64,000 bases of DNA, taken from NCBI GenBank assembly GCA_903877165.1, contig CAIRCU010000006.1, forward strand, positions 2,580-66,579. Reading direction: 5' to 3'. This stretch comes from Methanobacteriota archaeon (lineage in GTDB: Archaea; Thermoplasmatota; E2; DHVEG-1). Shown piece after piece: positions 63,999-64,000 of this stretch. The stretch's first letter is position 1. Every line of letters starts with the position of its first letter. The notes under the pieces were generated by a model that was given only the letters and a program-made list of their open reading frames with translations, was not told the origin of the DNA and ran no database searches. Both the position numbers and the translations under genes were made by a program.

Positions 63999-64000
63999 CC

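Noticed and set aside
1-64000. CRISPR arrays, IS elements, integrases or prophage genes
   Set aside because: No direct-repeat/spacer periodicity, transposase or integrase-like ORFs, or terminal inverted repeats were seen. The only repeats are intragenic (PQQ blades) and the tandem paralog array.

Overview
This is a 64 kb, high-GC (about 60%) chromosomal segment from an archaeon. I see no CRISPR array, rRNA gene, IS element or integrase.

Archaeal markers include archaetidylserine synthase and decarboxylase, GGPP synthase, type-2 IPP isomerase, isopentenyl phosphate kinase, Trm1, aEF-1beta with its upstream Zn-ribbon partner, Pcc1, an archaeal-type GluRS, a methanogen-type SerRS and a Thermococcales-like HypA. 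Together these suggest a methanogen-related or Thermoplasmatota-like euryarchaeon.

I call about 60 CDS and two tRNA-Gln genes.
- Core functions: purine and pyrimidine (purF, purN, pyrF, dcd, thyX), folate (folC), serine (serC), isoprenoid and lipid synthesis, and tRNA modification (trm1, trmI, a RaSEA-like radical SAM).
- Glycogen island: alpha-glucan phosphorylase, debranching enzyme, GH57, and two GT4/5 transferases.
- Glycosylation cluster: GT28-like, GT-C, GT4, and a radical SAM enzyme.

Observations worth a second look:
- (i) A co-oriented string on the minus strand: two secreted proteins sharing a novel C-terminal tail, then an archaeosortase-like membrane protein, psd and pssA. A PGF-CTERM substrate is also present in the window.
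- (ii) A bacterial-type GlnRS sandwiched between both archaeal-type tRNA-Gln isoacceptors (UUG and CUG), both carrying G73.
- (iii) An uncharacterised operon: a threonine-synthase-fold PLP enzyme, a DUF1611 protein and a PP-loop/Cys-rich ATPase.
- (iv) A membrane-anchored double-wHTH regulator divergent from three tandem, recently homogenised secreted paralogs of about 800 aa (novel N-domain, 2x Ig/FN3-like, DUF2341, LamG), plus a 63-bp relic of a fourth copy.
- (v) hypA paired with a Cys-less Mrp/MinD ATPase (HypB substitute).
- (vi) A secreted-protein gene split by a single in-frame TAA.
- (vii) A 600-bp structured intergenic region.
- (viii) Small zinc-ribbon ORFs, one lacking a canonical start.
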